From: Terriglobia bacterium
GTDB lineage: Bacteria; Acidobacteriota; Terriglobia; UBA7540
Length of the DNA: 64,000 nt
Assembly: GCA_049514855.1 (NCBI GenBank)
Contig: JBEKUR010000003.1
Coordinates: 12,768-76,767, forward strand
Reading direction: 5' to 3'
Position numbers and translations under genes: made by a program. Of the stretch, positions 55,969-64,000 are shown piece by piece (within the stretch, counting starts at the first letter, position 1; every line of letters starts with the position of its first letter). The notes under the pieces are model-generated. The model was not told where the DNA came from, ran no database searches, and worked only from the letters and a program-made list of their open reading frames with translations.

Positions 55969-56091
55969 TGGGGATGGGCGATGGCCAAGAAACCGCAAGC
56001 CCCGCCAGGGGCGACATCACTTAGCCCATAGCGTCAGCTATGGGGATGGGCGATGGCCAAGAAACCGTAAGCCCCGCCAGGGGCGACATCA
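55969..56091 (+). repeat. 51-nt direct repeat x2 (period 72 nt)
   Basis: 'tggggatgggcgatggccaagaaaccg(c/t)aagccccgccaggggcgacatca' at 55969-56019 and 56041-56091. An inverted partial copy 'tgatgtcgcc' lies at 56123-56132. Confidence 0.85.
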
Positions 56092-56164
56092 ACCGGATTC
56101 AATTGGACAAGGATAATCTCTAATGATGTCGCCCGCTCAAGCGGGCTGAAACGCGGCTGAGTCG

Positions 56165-56761
56165 CTATTTCCGGAGTGAATCCGGACCTTCAACGGCTTG
56201 CCGGTAAGTTCCGAACTGTTGCGCCAACGGCTTGAGCGTGGGGTAATACTGGACATACGTGTTTTCCACCGCCCCACCGCCATGATGACATTGCCAACAC
56301 ATCGCTCTGGGGTTGGCCTTGGCTGTTTTCGTAGAGGAATCGAAACTGAAGTAGGCCCACTTTTCCGGGAATCGAGCTGTGTCTTTCACTTCAACAGAGA
56401 TGCCTATCAAGTCTTTCTCATAATGGTCTAGTATCTCGGCGGAACTCTTGCTCCACGACATCCTTTTTTCCAGCACGAAAACGGTCTTGTCGGGCCAACT
56501 CCCAGTTGCCCGGAACTGATGATACGCCGGCCGCGAGACGAAGACGTCGCCAAACGTTTCCCCCTCGCCACTCGAGGCCTTGGAGTTCACGCGTAGGCGG
56601 GAGGCTAGGAATACCCACTCTCGATAACTTTCCGGACGCACGAGCTCATCCCCGCTGGTGTACTGCGGCAAATCCGAGCGCGAGTCTGGACTGGATACCT
56701 GCAGCGACGCCGCGCACACCGAAATAAAAACGAAAGTCCCCAACAACGTGGCGGTCTTCAA
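56165..56761 (-). CDS. cytochrome P460-family protein
   Basis: Signal peptide, 'GISVEVKD', 'WAYFSF', C-terminal heme motif 'CWQCHH'. TTG start after GGAGGC. Confidence 0.7.
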   Translation of the reverse strand: MKTATLLGTFVFISVCAASLQVSSPDSRSDLPQYTSGDELVRPESYREWVFLASRLRVNSKASSGEGETFGDVFVSRPAYHQFRATGSWPDKTVFVLEKRMSWSKSSAEILDHYEKDLIGISVEVKDTARFPEKWAYFSFDSSTKTAKANPRAMCWQCHHGGGAVENTYVQYYPTLKPLAQQFGTYRQAVEGPDSLRK

Positions 56762-56834
56762 ATCTGCCTCCCTTCCCTGGCCCGGGAAACATCGCCCCTG
56801 GGCGCCTGCGAATGCACGTCCGTTGCCCGCCTAA

Positions 56835-56964
56835 CAGGATACTGAAAAACCCTTATGAACGTTGTCATTCCGAGCGAAGCGAGGAATCTCGCTCTGGAAG
56901 CATCGGACTTGCGAGATTCCTCGCTTCGCTCGGAATGACAGGCTAGGGGTTTTTCAGCATCCTG
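56835..56964. repeat. ~130-bp near-perfect palindrome (REPIN/MITE-like)
   Basis: Inner arms 'gtcattccgagcgaagcgaggaatctcgc' (56864-56892) / 'gcgagattcctcgcttcgctcggaatgac' (56911-56939). Outer arms 'caggatactgaaaaaccc' / 'ggggtttttcagcatcctg'. Confidence 0.85.
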
Positions 56965-56982
56965 CTAAAGAGCGAAGCGTCG

Positions 56983-59478
56983 CTACTGGCTGACGGTACA
57001 AAGGATACTATGAAATTCGTCGAGGGTCACCTTTTCTGGCCGCAGTGGGAGAGAGACCTCTCCGTGGATTTCTCGCGGACCTTGGATTGCCAGAAAACCT
57101 AAACGGCGAGGCTGGCCATTGACGTGCACATAGACCGGGACACGCATTGCGAACTGATCGGAGACGTCACTTTGCTTCACAGAGTACTCCAAGGTTGTCT
57201 TACCTCCGCCTCCGTCCTTGAGGTTGTAATGGAAATCGTAATGGGGGACTTCCCTGCCGTACACCCAATCGTTGAAAAACCACTCCATCGGTTCCCCGAA
57301 GTGTTTTTCCACGATCTTGCGAAAATCCTCCGTGGAGGCATTCTTGGACGCGTAGGTCGCTGCGAAATCCCTCATCATCTCAATGAAACGCTGGTCAGGG
57401 TCCCGGAGTCGGGGGTCTTCCAAGAGAAGTCGCAGCATTTCCAGTACGTAGGCGCCCTTGTAATAGACCAGGACAAGGTAGAGGTTCCCTTCCAGATAAG
57501 CCGGGAGTTGCAGGCTGAGCCACAGCGGACCAACATCCACCGGCCGATGTCCGGCAGAATCCTTATCGAGCAGCCACTTGCGTTTCAAATCCCAGAAGCT
57601 TCGCACTCTCCCAGGTTCAAACTTGCGCACGTAGAGCCCCGCGGAGAACTCCGCAAAGCCTTCGGACAGCCACTCGTCGTGGTACGTCTTCCAACCCACC
57701 ATATGTCCCCACCACTGGTGGGCCATCTCGTGCATGGCGACAACGTTGTAGAACTCGCGTGCCTCCGCAGTGTCTTGCAGCCGCAACTGGTTACGGGTGG
57801 TGGCGTCCAGCAGCGAGTCGTAAGGGAGGAAAATCAAGGTCGGCCAGCTCTGCCCGTAACCCCGGATGGGCTGTTCGGTTACGGAGATATTCTTGGACGG
57901 CAAAACGCCGTAATAGTACTCGAAGAGCTTCAAGGCCTGAAAGCTAACGCCCGCCGCATACTCGGCGTTGGCGGCGGTGTTGAAACCCCCCGTGGTGATG
58001 CCGAGCTGCCCCGCGGTGTTGTGGGGTTGCCCTGGACCGTGCGCAAGGTCCGCCATATCGAGCGCCGACTGTAGTCCGCTCAATTCGTCGGGAATCTCCC
58101 TGCCGCTGTAGGCGGTGACGGTGAGATGCGGGTCGGAGTGGCTCTTCTCCACAAAGTCTCCATAGTTGAATCCTACGACACTGTAAGCAACTTCCGTCTC
58201 CCAGTCGGTTTCAAGCGCGTCACGTTGCTTCTCGGACCTGACCAGCCGCCCCGTCGCAATGAGCTTGTATTTCTTGGGAGATCGCAAATGCAGGGTAAAC
58301 AGCGTGCGGTCGTCGAAAGCTCCAAAACTCGGGAACCAGGACTCGCGGGAAGTAACATAGTAAAGCCCTGGGCCTCTCTGAAAAATAATGCGACTATCGT
58401 GGGTCGAGTCCTCGGCGTAGTCGATTCTCAGGATATAGGCCTTGCCCGCGGCCGCCGGCTCAGCGAGAAGTACCCAGGGGTCGTTGTCCAGGTTGCGGTC
58501 CTCTTGAATGAAGGCCAGTTTCTTCCCACTGCCGTCCGTGACCGAGCTGATTCGCAGAACACCCCGGAGCTTCAACGGCAGCAGGCGCGGCGAGCCGCCC
58601 GGGACTTCGTATTCCAGGGTTGCCGTAGCCGAAAGGCGGTTGCTGTTGCTTATCTCGGCAGCGATCTTCTCACTGCGGCAATGGGCGAGGAGCTTCCGGT
58701 GTTCGGGCCGTGTCGTCGTCCGATATTCCTCGCCCAAATGGAAACCGGCCCACCACTCGGAATAGTTGTTCAGATTGTAGTGAATTAACTGCACCTCTTC
58801 GTCGTTGCTGGCGTCAGGAAGAAACAGTGGATCGCGGTTCCAACTGATGTGGTAGAGCAGGGAGCCTGCGTGCTCAGCCTTGAAATCCGCGAGGAAGAAA
58901 CCGCGACTGGAGGGATCCGAGAGGTCTGCCAGGAGGCGCGCCGCCAGGTTGCGCATGAGGGGATTACCCTCGTGTTCGTTTTCCCACCAATCGTTGAATC
59001 TCTCGGAGTACTTGCGCTGAGCGGCCGCGAGAGCTTTGGTGGCGGCTGCGGCATCCCCCCCGCCCCGGACGTGCACCAGTTGCTGGAGTTGGCTCCAGGA
59101 GTCGTCAGTAAAGAAGAAGACCGCCTGCTTGAATTCATCCACCAACTCCGGCATCTTGGTGTGCCGGGCCAGTTGGTGCTGCTCGATCTCTGTCGGGGGC
59201 TTGAGTTCGATGCGGCCGCGGCCTTCGAAAACGGCCGCGACCACGTGCCCCGCCACCGGCTGCGCGAAGCTCAAGCGGCCGTCTATGAAGGTGAAGGTTG
59301 CAGCGTCGCGCTTCCAGTCAACGTTTTCCGCCACTGCACCTTGGTCGCTCCCCTGCAATGAACGCAGTTGCTGATAGAGGCGCAGCAACTCCTCTGGGGG
59401 CGCAGTTGAGAGGTCTGCGGCCGAGAGGCCCACGGCGAGTTGTAAACAGAAGAAAAGCGCAGGGATCCTGAGTTTCAT
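56983..59478 (-). CDS. M1-family zinc aminopeptidase
   Basis: 'VAMHEMAHQWWGHMVGWKTYHDEWLSEGFAEF' is HExxH-x18-E. Signal peptide starts at the ATG at 59478; the listed ORF begins at 59523. Confidence 0.9.
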   Translation of the reverse strand: MKLRIPALFFCLQLAVGLSAADLSTAPPEELLRLYQQLRSLQGSDQGAVAENVDWKRDAATFTFIDGRLSFAQPVAGHVVAAVFEGRGRIELKPPTEIEQHQLARHTKMPELVDEFKQAVFFFTDDSWSQLQQLVHVRGGGDAAAATKALAAAQRKYSERFNDWWENEHEGNPLMRNLAARLLADLSDPSSRGFFLADFKAEHAGSLLYHISWNRDPLFLPDASNDEEVQLIHYNLNNYSEWWAGFHLGEEYRTTTRPEHRKLLAHCRSEKIAAEISNSNRLSATATLEYEVPGGSPRLLPLKLRGVLRISSVTDGSGKKLAFIQEDRNLDNDPWVLLAEPAAAGKAYILRIDYAEDSTHDSRIIFQRGPGLYYVTSRESWFPSFGAFDDRTLFTLHLRSPKKYKLIATGRLVRSEKQRDALETDWETEVAYSVVGFNYGDFVEKSHSDPHLTVTAYSGREIPDELSGLQSALDMADLAHGPGQPHNTAGQLGITTGGFNTAANAEYAAGVSFQALKLFEYYYGVLPSKNISVTEQPIRGYGQSWPTLIFLPYDSLLDATTRNQLRLQDTAEAREFYNVVAMHEMAHQWWGHMVGWKTYHDEWLSEGFAEFSAGLYVRKFEPGRVRSFWDLKRKWLLDKDSAGHRPVDVGPLWLSLQLPAYLEGNLYLVLVYYKGAYVLEMLRLLLEDPRLRDPDQRFIEMMRDFAATYASKNASTEDFRKIVEKHFGEPMEWFFNDWVYGREVPHYDFHYNLKDGGGGKTTLEYSVKQSDVSDQFAMRVPVYVHVNGQPRRLGFLAIQGPREIHGEVSLPLRPEKVTLDEFHSILCTVSQ

Positions 59479-59632
59479 GACAAGCCTCCGGGGGTGAGTT
59501 ATCCGGGAGTCGCTGGCAAGCACCCCCAGGCGACTGGTGCTTCAAAGATTACCTGTCTGAGGCCAACATTGCAACCCGCTTATTCATCCAATTCCAATAT
59601 CGTGTTTCATCGACTTCTTAGGAGGTGCACCG

Positions 59633-59950
59633 ATGACCCTGGGTGAAACGTTGATTTCGGTATGGCAACAGGCGCTGGGCGACGGGCGGGAAGATGTCGA
59701 ACTGGAGGGCGAGACTTACCCTGTGACAGTCTCGAAGGCCAAAGGACTTCGCATGGTGGAGTTCAACGTTGGCCCGTACCGCATCGTGGGCATCGAACAG
59801 AACCCCAAGACAGGCTCACGTTGGGCAGAGCTGGCGCGCGAAAGCAACCGGATCGTGCAATTCAGGTGCAAAGGGCGATACGTGGCTAACGTGTGCGAAG
59901 GGAAACTGCTGCGCTACCCAGCTTGGAAGGCCCTTGAACTTCCGGAGTGA
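59633..59950 (+). CDS. hypothetical protein
   Basis: 105-aa ORF with an AGGAGG SD. No motif recognised. Confidence 0.5.
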   Translation: MTLGETLISVWQQALGDGREDVELEGETYPVTVSKAKGLRMVEFNVGPYRIVGIEQNPKTGSRWAELARESNRIVQFRCKGRYVANVCEGKLLRYPAWKALELPE

Positions 59951-60049
59951 GATACGCGAGTCAAAGGTGGTCGAAAGCTGATTGCTGAAAGCTGACCCGC
60001 CGCGGCGGGATGGCTGGTAGCTGAGGGCTGACGACTGTCAACGGCCGGC

Positions 60050-61204
60050 TCACGCGGCCGGGTTCACAGTTATGGTCACAGGACTCTTGAGGGTGAAGTC
60101 GAGCTTGGTCTCCGATGGAATCTTCACCTGCTGGCCGCGAGTCCCGGCCTCCACCGCAGTTCCTGAGCCGGCGCCGATCACGGATCCGATTGCGGCGCCT
60201 TTCCCACGCCCTGCAATCGCGCCGATGAGACCGCCGAGCACGGCGCCTCCGCCGACGGTCTCAGCCGTGCGCGTAGTGCGCGAGGCCCCGGCTTGCTCGT
60301 AGTAGCCGGTCTGAAGTTGATAGGTCTGGCCGCCGGCGGTCACGCTGACCAGCTCAACCTTCAGCTCGGAGCGACCGCTCATGTGCCCGGCGCTGCTGGC
60401 CTGCACCAATCGAACGCGCGCGTCGGAACTGCGCGGTATGATGGCGCGGTCGCCAATCACCACGGGCGCTTCCAGGGTGGCCGCGAACTCATCGCCCGCG
60501 TGGTTCTGAGTGGAGTCGATGCTGTCAATCATGCGAACGGAGAGAATGGTGCCCGAGGGAATCGTGATCTGCTCGGGTGGCTTGACCACTGGTGCGGGGG
60601 GAGCAGCCGCGGGCAGAGCGGGTGGTGCGGGCGGAGCGGGCGGAGCAGCCGGAGCAGCCACAGGTGGCGCAGCCTGCGCGGACATTGCGGGCGGGTTCTC
60701 TGCTGGGGCCTCTGGAGCGGAAGCCTCGTCGGCTGTAGCCTCCTCGCTGCTGGAGCTGGCCGCATGATGGCGGCGCGCTGAGGCTCGAGCGCGCTCGGAT
60801 CGGGCCGAGGTTGGAGTGGGCAACTGCGGCGGTGTTGCCTCGGCAGTTGGCGCGGGCTCCAGGGTTGCCGGCGCAGCGGCAGCGGGCGCCGAAGAGACCA
60901 CGAGTTGGTTGACAACCGACTTTACGCCGTCGGCTTGGCCGGCCATGCGCTCCACGGCCGCTTTCTCGAGCTCAGTGCCGACCGTCCCGGTGAGTGTCAC
61001 GGTGCCTTTGTCCGAAGTCACGTGGATGTCGCGCGTTTTCAGTACGGGGTCGTCAAAGAGCCTGGCCTGGATCTGTGTGGTGATGGCTTTGTCGTCGGTA
61101 GACTGGCCGAGCTTCAGTGCCTCGCACCCGGCAAAGAGAAGTGCGCTGGCGATCAAGATGAAACCAATCCCGAATTTCAGCCTCGGCATGTTCACCTTCT
61201 GCAT
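60050..61204 (-). CDS. BON-domain lipoprotein with Pro/Ala-rich linker and C-terminal Gly-zipper
   Basis: ATG at 61204 follows GGAGGG. 'LLFAGCE' lipobox. 'ITTQIQARLFDDPVLKTRDIHVTSDKGTVTLTGTV' is BON. 'GGGAVLGGLIGAIAGRGKGAAIGSVIGAGSG'. Confidence 0.75.
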   Translation of the reverse strand: MQKVNMPRLKFGIGFILIASALLFAGCEALKLGQSTDDKAITTQIQARLFDDPVLKTRDIHVTSDKGTVTLTGTVGTELEKAAVERMAGQADGVKSVVNQLVVSSAPAAAAPATLEPAPTAEATPPQLPTPTSARSERARASARRHHAASSSSEEATADEASAPEAPAENPPAMSAQAAPPVAAPAAPPAPPAPPALPAAAPPAPVVKPPEQITIPSGTILSVRMIDSIDSTQNHAGDEFAATLEAPVVIGDRAIIPRSSDARVRLVQASSAGHMSGRSELKVELVSVTAGGQTYQLQTGYYEQAGASRTTRTAETVGGGAVLGGLIGAIAGRGKGAAIGSVIGAGSGTAVEAGTRGQQVKIPSETKLDFTLKSPVTITVNPAA

Positions 61205-61536
61205 GTTTACCCTCCAGCGACCCCACTGTCGCCGCATTATTGTTTTTGGATTCATCTTCGCCCGCTTAGGATGCACGCGAGTCTCCACGGCCACTTCCGT
61301 TTGGCCGATATCCCCGAAGCTGTTGGCCTTGCTCAGGTCGAGTGTGAATGCGAAATCCAAGTCTGGATGGTCTGAGCATGTTAGAATTACACGCGTACGC
61401 CGCCCAGTACCGTTTGGCAGGGGTGGAGCTTGATCGTCGCGCCGAAGCGTTGCCAGGCTAAACGCCGCGGGCGGCGCGACGAGCCGTAAACTGGCTTGTC
61501 CCAAGCCGCGAAGATTCACGGAGCGCAGGACCAGAG

Positions 61537-62310
61537 GTGGAAAGCATCTCGTTGAGCGTCGTCATTCCCGTTTATAACGAAGCGGAGAATATCCGGCCGC
61601 TCGTTGAGTCGCTCGAGTCTGCTTTGCGCGCCGCTCCGGGGCAAATCGAGATGCTGTTTGTGGACGACGGAAGCACCGATCAGACGCTGGCGCTGTTGAA
61701 AGAAGCGCAAGAGAAGGACGCGCGCATCCGCATCGCCCACTTCCGCCGCAACCTCGGTCAAACCGCTGCCCTGGCGGCGGGGTTTCGCCTGGCGCGAGGA
61801 AAGGCGGTGGTGACGATTGACGGCGATCTCCAGAACGACCCCGCGGAAATGCTGCGCTTGGTGGAGATGCTGGGCGAATGGGATGTCGTCTGCGGGGTGC
61901 GTGTTCATCGCCAAGATACCCTTTGGAAACGGATCTCGTCGCACATTGGAAACGGCTTTCGAAACTGGGTTACCACCGAAAACATCGCCGATACGGGATG
62001 CACGCTGAAGGCCTACCGGCGTGAATGTCTGGAGCGGTTGGAGCTTTATCAAGGCATGCACCGATTTCTGCCCACGCTGCTCAAAATCCGCGGGTTCCGC
62101 GTAACGCAGGTGCCAGTGAGTCATCATGCGCGCCTGGGCGGAAAAACCAAGTACGGGACGTGGGGCAGGCTTAAGAAGGGTCTGGCCGATGTCTGGGTGG
62201 TGCGCTGGATGAAAAAGAACTGGATCGACTATCGAGATATCCTCGAGGTTGTGGAGGCGCCCGCGACCTCGAGCAACACGGAGAAGGCAGCGGAACGGGC
62301 CTCCGCCTGA
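61537..62310 (+). CDS. GT2-family polyprenyl-phosphate glycosyltransferase (ArnC/DPM1-like)
   Basis: 'LSVVIPVYNEAENI', 'FVDDGSTDQT', 'VVTIDGDLQNDP'. GTG start. Confidence 0.9.
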   Translation: MESISLSVVIPVYNEAENIRPLVESLESALRAAPGQIEMLFVDDGSTDQTLALLKEAQEKDARIRIAHFRRNLGQTAALAAGFRLARGKAVVTIDGDLQNDPAEMLRLVEMLGEWDVVCGVRVHRQDTLWKRISSHIGNGFRNWVTTENIADTGCTLKAYRRECLERLELYQGMHRFLPTLLKIRGFRVTQVPVSHHARLGGKTKYGTWGRLKKGLADVWVVRWMKKNWIDYRDILEVVEAPATSSNTEKAAERASA

Positions 62311-62496
62311 GTGCGGAGATGTTCCTACGGGACGTCTCGCCCCCATACCAAGCGGGAGGCCTCATCTTCATCTTTCGTTAGGCGTCACCAGAACCGTCAC
62401 CATCGGAGTCAATTCGAACTCTTGGCCACGCATTCGATTCATCTACCCGTGTCAACTGAGTCCATCGCTGGCGATCTCCAGGTCGCTCGAGCAAAA

Positions 62497-64000
62497 ATGC
62501 TGCGCCGGGCGGGAATTGTCTCAGGATTGAAGCTCGTCCTGCCTTTGCTCTTGCTTTTTGTTGTGGCGGGCTGCCTTTTCTTCGCGGGCCTTGGAAGCTT
62601 GCCGTTGCTGGAGCCTGACGAGGGCCGGAATGCCGAGGTGGCGCGGGAGATGCTCGCCTCGGGCGATTGGATCACTCCCCACTACGATGGCTTGCCCTAT
62701 CTGGATAAACCGGCGGTCTTCTTCTGGTTGGTCGCCTCTTCATTTAAGGTTGCGGGTCTTCACGAGTGGTCTGCCCGCGCGCCCTCCGCTTTGATGGGAT
62801 TGTGCCTGTTGCTGCTTTCCTGGTTCCTTACACGCAGGATGTTCGGCAATTCTACGGCCGTGCGTGCCGGCGTGATCATTGCCACCGCCCCGCTGGCGAT
62901 GGTGTTTTCCCGATTAGTCATCTTCGACATGACGCTCGCTTTCCTCATCACACTGGCGATGGCGAGTTTCTGGTTCGCGGAGGCGGCGGAATTCCGCCGT
63001 CCAGGGCTGGACATACTTATGTTTCTGGCCATGGGACTGGCGACGATCACCAAAGGCCCTGTCGGTTTCCTGCTCCCGCTCCTCTCCCTCACGGCTTACC
63101 AGGCGCTGCGTGGCAAGCTCCGGGAATTGAAACGCCTGCGTTGGGGATTAGGATGCGCAGTATTTCTTGCCGCCGTGTTGCCCTGGTTCATTTCCGTCTC
63201 GATTCGATACCCGGACTTCCCGCGCTATGCGCTTCTCAAGGAGAGCCTCGCCAGGTTTGCTGGCGGCCTCGTGCATCGGGAGGGCGGTCTGCTCTATTAC
63301 TTCCCTGTGTACCTGGCAGGGTTCTTCCCATGGAGCATCTTTCTGCTTTGGGCGGGATGGAGTCGGCATAAGCGATGGAAAGAAATTCGGCTTGGGTCGT
63401 TCCGTCCGTATCTGTTTCTCCTTACGTGGTCGGTGGTGACTTTCGCTTTTTTTTCGCTTTCGCGGTCGCAGCTTCCTGGTTATTTCCTTCCCGCTATTGT
63501 TCCCCTGGGCATCTTGATGGCGAGGGCTTGGGACGATGTGGGGTCACTCGGCTCGATACGATCACCTGATTGGCTGACCGCGGGATTCGCCTCGCTCCTC
63601 GGTATGGGTCTTATCGTTGCGGCTTCCTCTCAGTTGGCGATATTGAGCTCCGCGCACTCGCATCTGGCGAAGAAGGTCCATCCGGCAGTTTTCGCCCTGC
63701 TGAAGCCTTCCATCCTCTATACTGGATTGATTCTAGCAGCTCTGGCGATCGTGGGAAGGAACATTGCGGCGCGCGCGCGGGTAAGATCACTTTCATTAGC
63801 CGCCTTTGTGCTTCTCGCTCTGACGACTCCCATGCTTCTGGTGCGCTGGATCGCCCCGCTGAAAGCTTATGCGGAGAGCAATTCCAGCCGCCGTCTAGCG
63901 GACACCATTCTCTCGAGCCCGGAAAGAGAACTGCCGATTTACGGGTATTATTATTTCCGCACCAGCCTGCCGTTCTATCTTCGGAGGCCTGTGGGACTGG
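62497..64000 (+). CDS. GT39/GT83-family (ArnT/PMT-like) membrane glycosyltransferase, 3' partial
   Basis: The frame-1 ORF has no stop before the window end, so it is absent from the ORF track. 'LLEPDEGRNAEVAREMLASGDWITPHYDGLPYLDKPAVFFW' is the ArnT/PMT_2 signature. Multi-TM. An alternative GTG start lies at 62449. Confidence 0.85.
   Translation, partial: MLRRAGIVSGLKLVLPLLLLFVVAGCLFFAGLGSLPLLEPDEGRNAEVAREMLASGDWITPHYDGLPYLDKPAVFFWLVASSFKVAGLHEWSARAPSALMGLCLLLLSWFLTRRMFGNSTAVRAGVIIATAPLAMVFSRLVIFDMTLAFLITLAMASFWFAEAAEFRRPGLDILMFLAMGLATITKGPVGFLLPLLSLTAYQALRGKLRELKRLRWGLGCAVFLAAVLPWFISVSIRYPDFPRYALLKESLARFAGGLVHREGGLLYYFPVYLAGFFPWSIFLLWAGWSRHKRWKEIRLGSFRPYLFLLTWSVVTFAFFSLSRSQLPGYFLPAIVPLGILMARAWDDVGSLGSIRSPDWLTAGFASLLGMGLIVAASSQLAILSSAHSHLAKKVHPAVFALLKPSILYTGLILAALAIVGRNIAARARVRSLSLAAFVLLALTTPMLLVRWIAPLKAYAESNSSRRLADTILSSPERELPIYGYYYFRTSLPFYLRRPVGL

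Noticed and set aside
57124-58788. Plus-strand ORFs 57124-58074 and 58126-58788
   Set aside because: Antisense to the M1 aminopeptidase (HExxH-x18-E present on the minus strand).
61205-61519. N-terminal extension of listed ORF 60050-61519
   Set aside because: The SD (GGAGGG) and signal/lipobox begin at the ATG at 61204. The upstream part has no protein-like features.
61516-62346. 276-aa minus-strand ORF
   Set aside because: Antisense to the GT2 glycosyltransferase, which has canonical motifs.
1-64000. tRNA, rRNA, tmRNA or other classical RNA genes
   Set aside because: Scanning intergenic regions by eye showed no cloverleaf-like or rRNA-like sequence. This is not an exhaustive search; tRNAscan-SE and Infernal would settle it.

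Overview
High-GC (about 60% or more) bacterial chromosomal segment. It is probably Acidobacteriota. This is an inference from a CarboxypepD_reg-type TonB receptor, tandem Tat-signal Gfo/Idh/MocA oxidoreductases, a PEGA-domain Ser/Thr kinase and pervasive CTGNNNN heptamer arrays. I support about 55 CDS and saw no rRNA or tRNA. Housekeeping blocks: a molybdopterin oxidoreductase; a TonB-dependent receptor; a padR-doxX-tolC-RND-MFP efflux operon; a porin; msrB; an ABC ATPase; a methyltransferase; an APC permease; an ECF sigma/anti-sigma pair; an M1 aminopeptidase; and GT2 plus ArnT-like glycosyltransferases. Accessory material sits between them. There are two dense type II toxin-antitoxin clusters (0.2-3.3 kb and 15.2-18.5 kb). 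A low-GC cassette of hypothetical genes (3.4-6.3 kb) is bracketed by about 76-nt direct repeats and includes a PD-(D/E)xK-like protein. Decayed mobile elements include RAYT/IS200-like halves, an ISNCY fragment, an IS3 fragment and a MITE-like hairpin element. Many REP-like palindromes are present. An orphan two-repeat type I-E-like CRISPR remnant lies next to a roughly 750-bp nested-repeat field. A stand-alone ApeA-like HEPN protein and a kaiB-like gene coupled to a multi-PAS histidine kinase (no kaiC in the window) are also present. The strongest candidate for an undescribed system is the lone low-GC 1043-aa ORF at 28712-31843 (minus strand). It fuses a nitrilase-superfamily (CN-hydrolase) domain with an apparent Glu-Lys-Cys triad to a STAND/NB-ARC-like P-loop NTPase and a C-terminal TPR array. 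That is an antiviral-STAND-like architecture with an effector type I do not know to be characterised. All family calls come from motif reading by eye, with no database search, and GC statements are hand counts on sampled lines.
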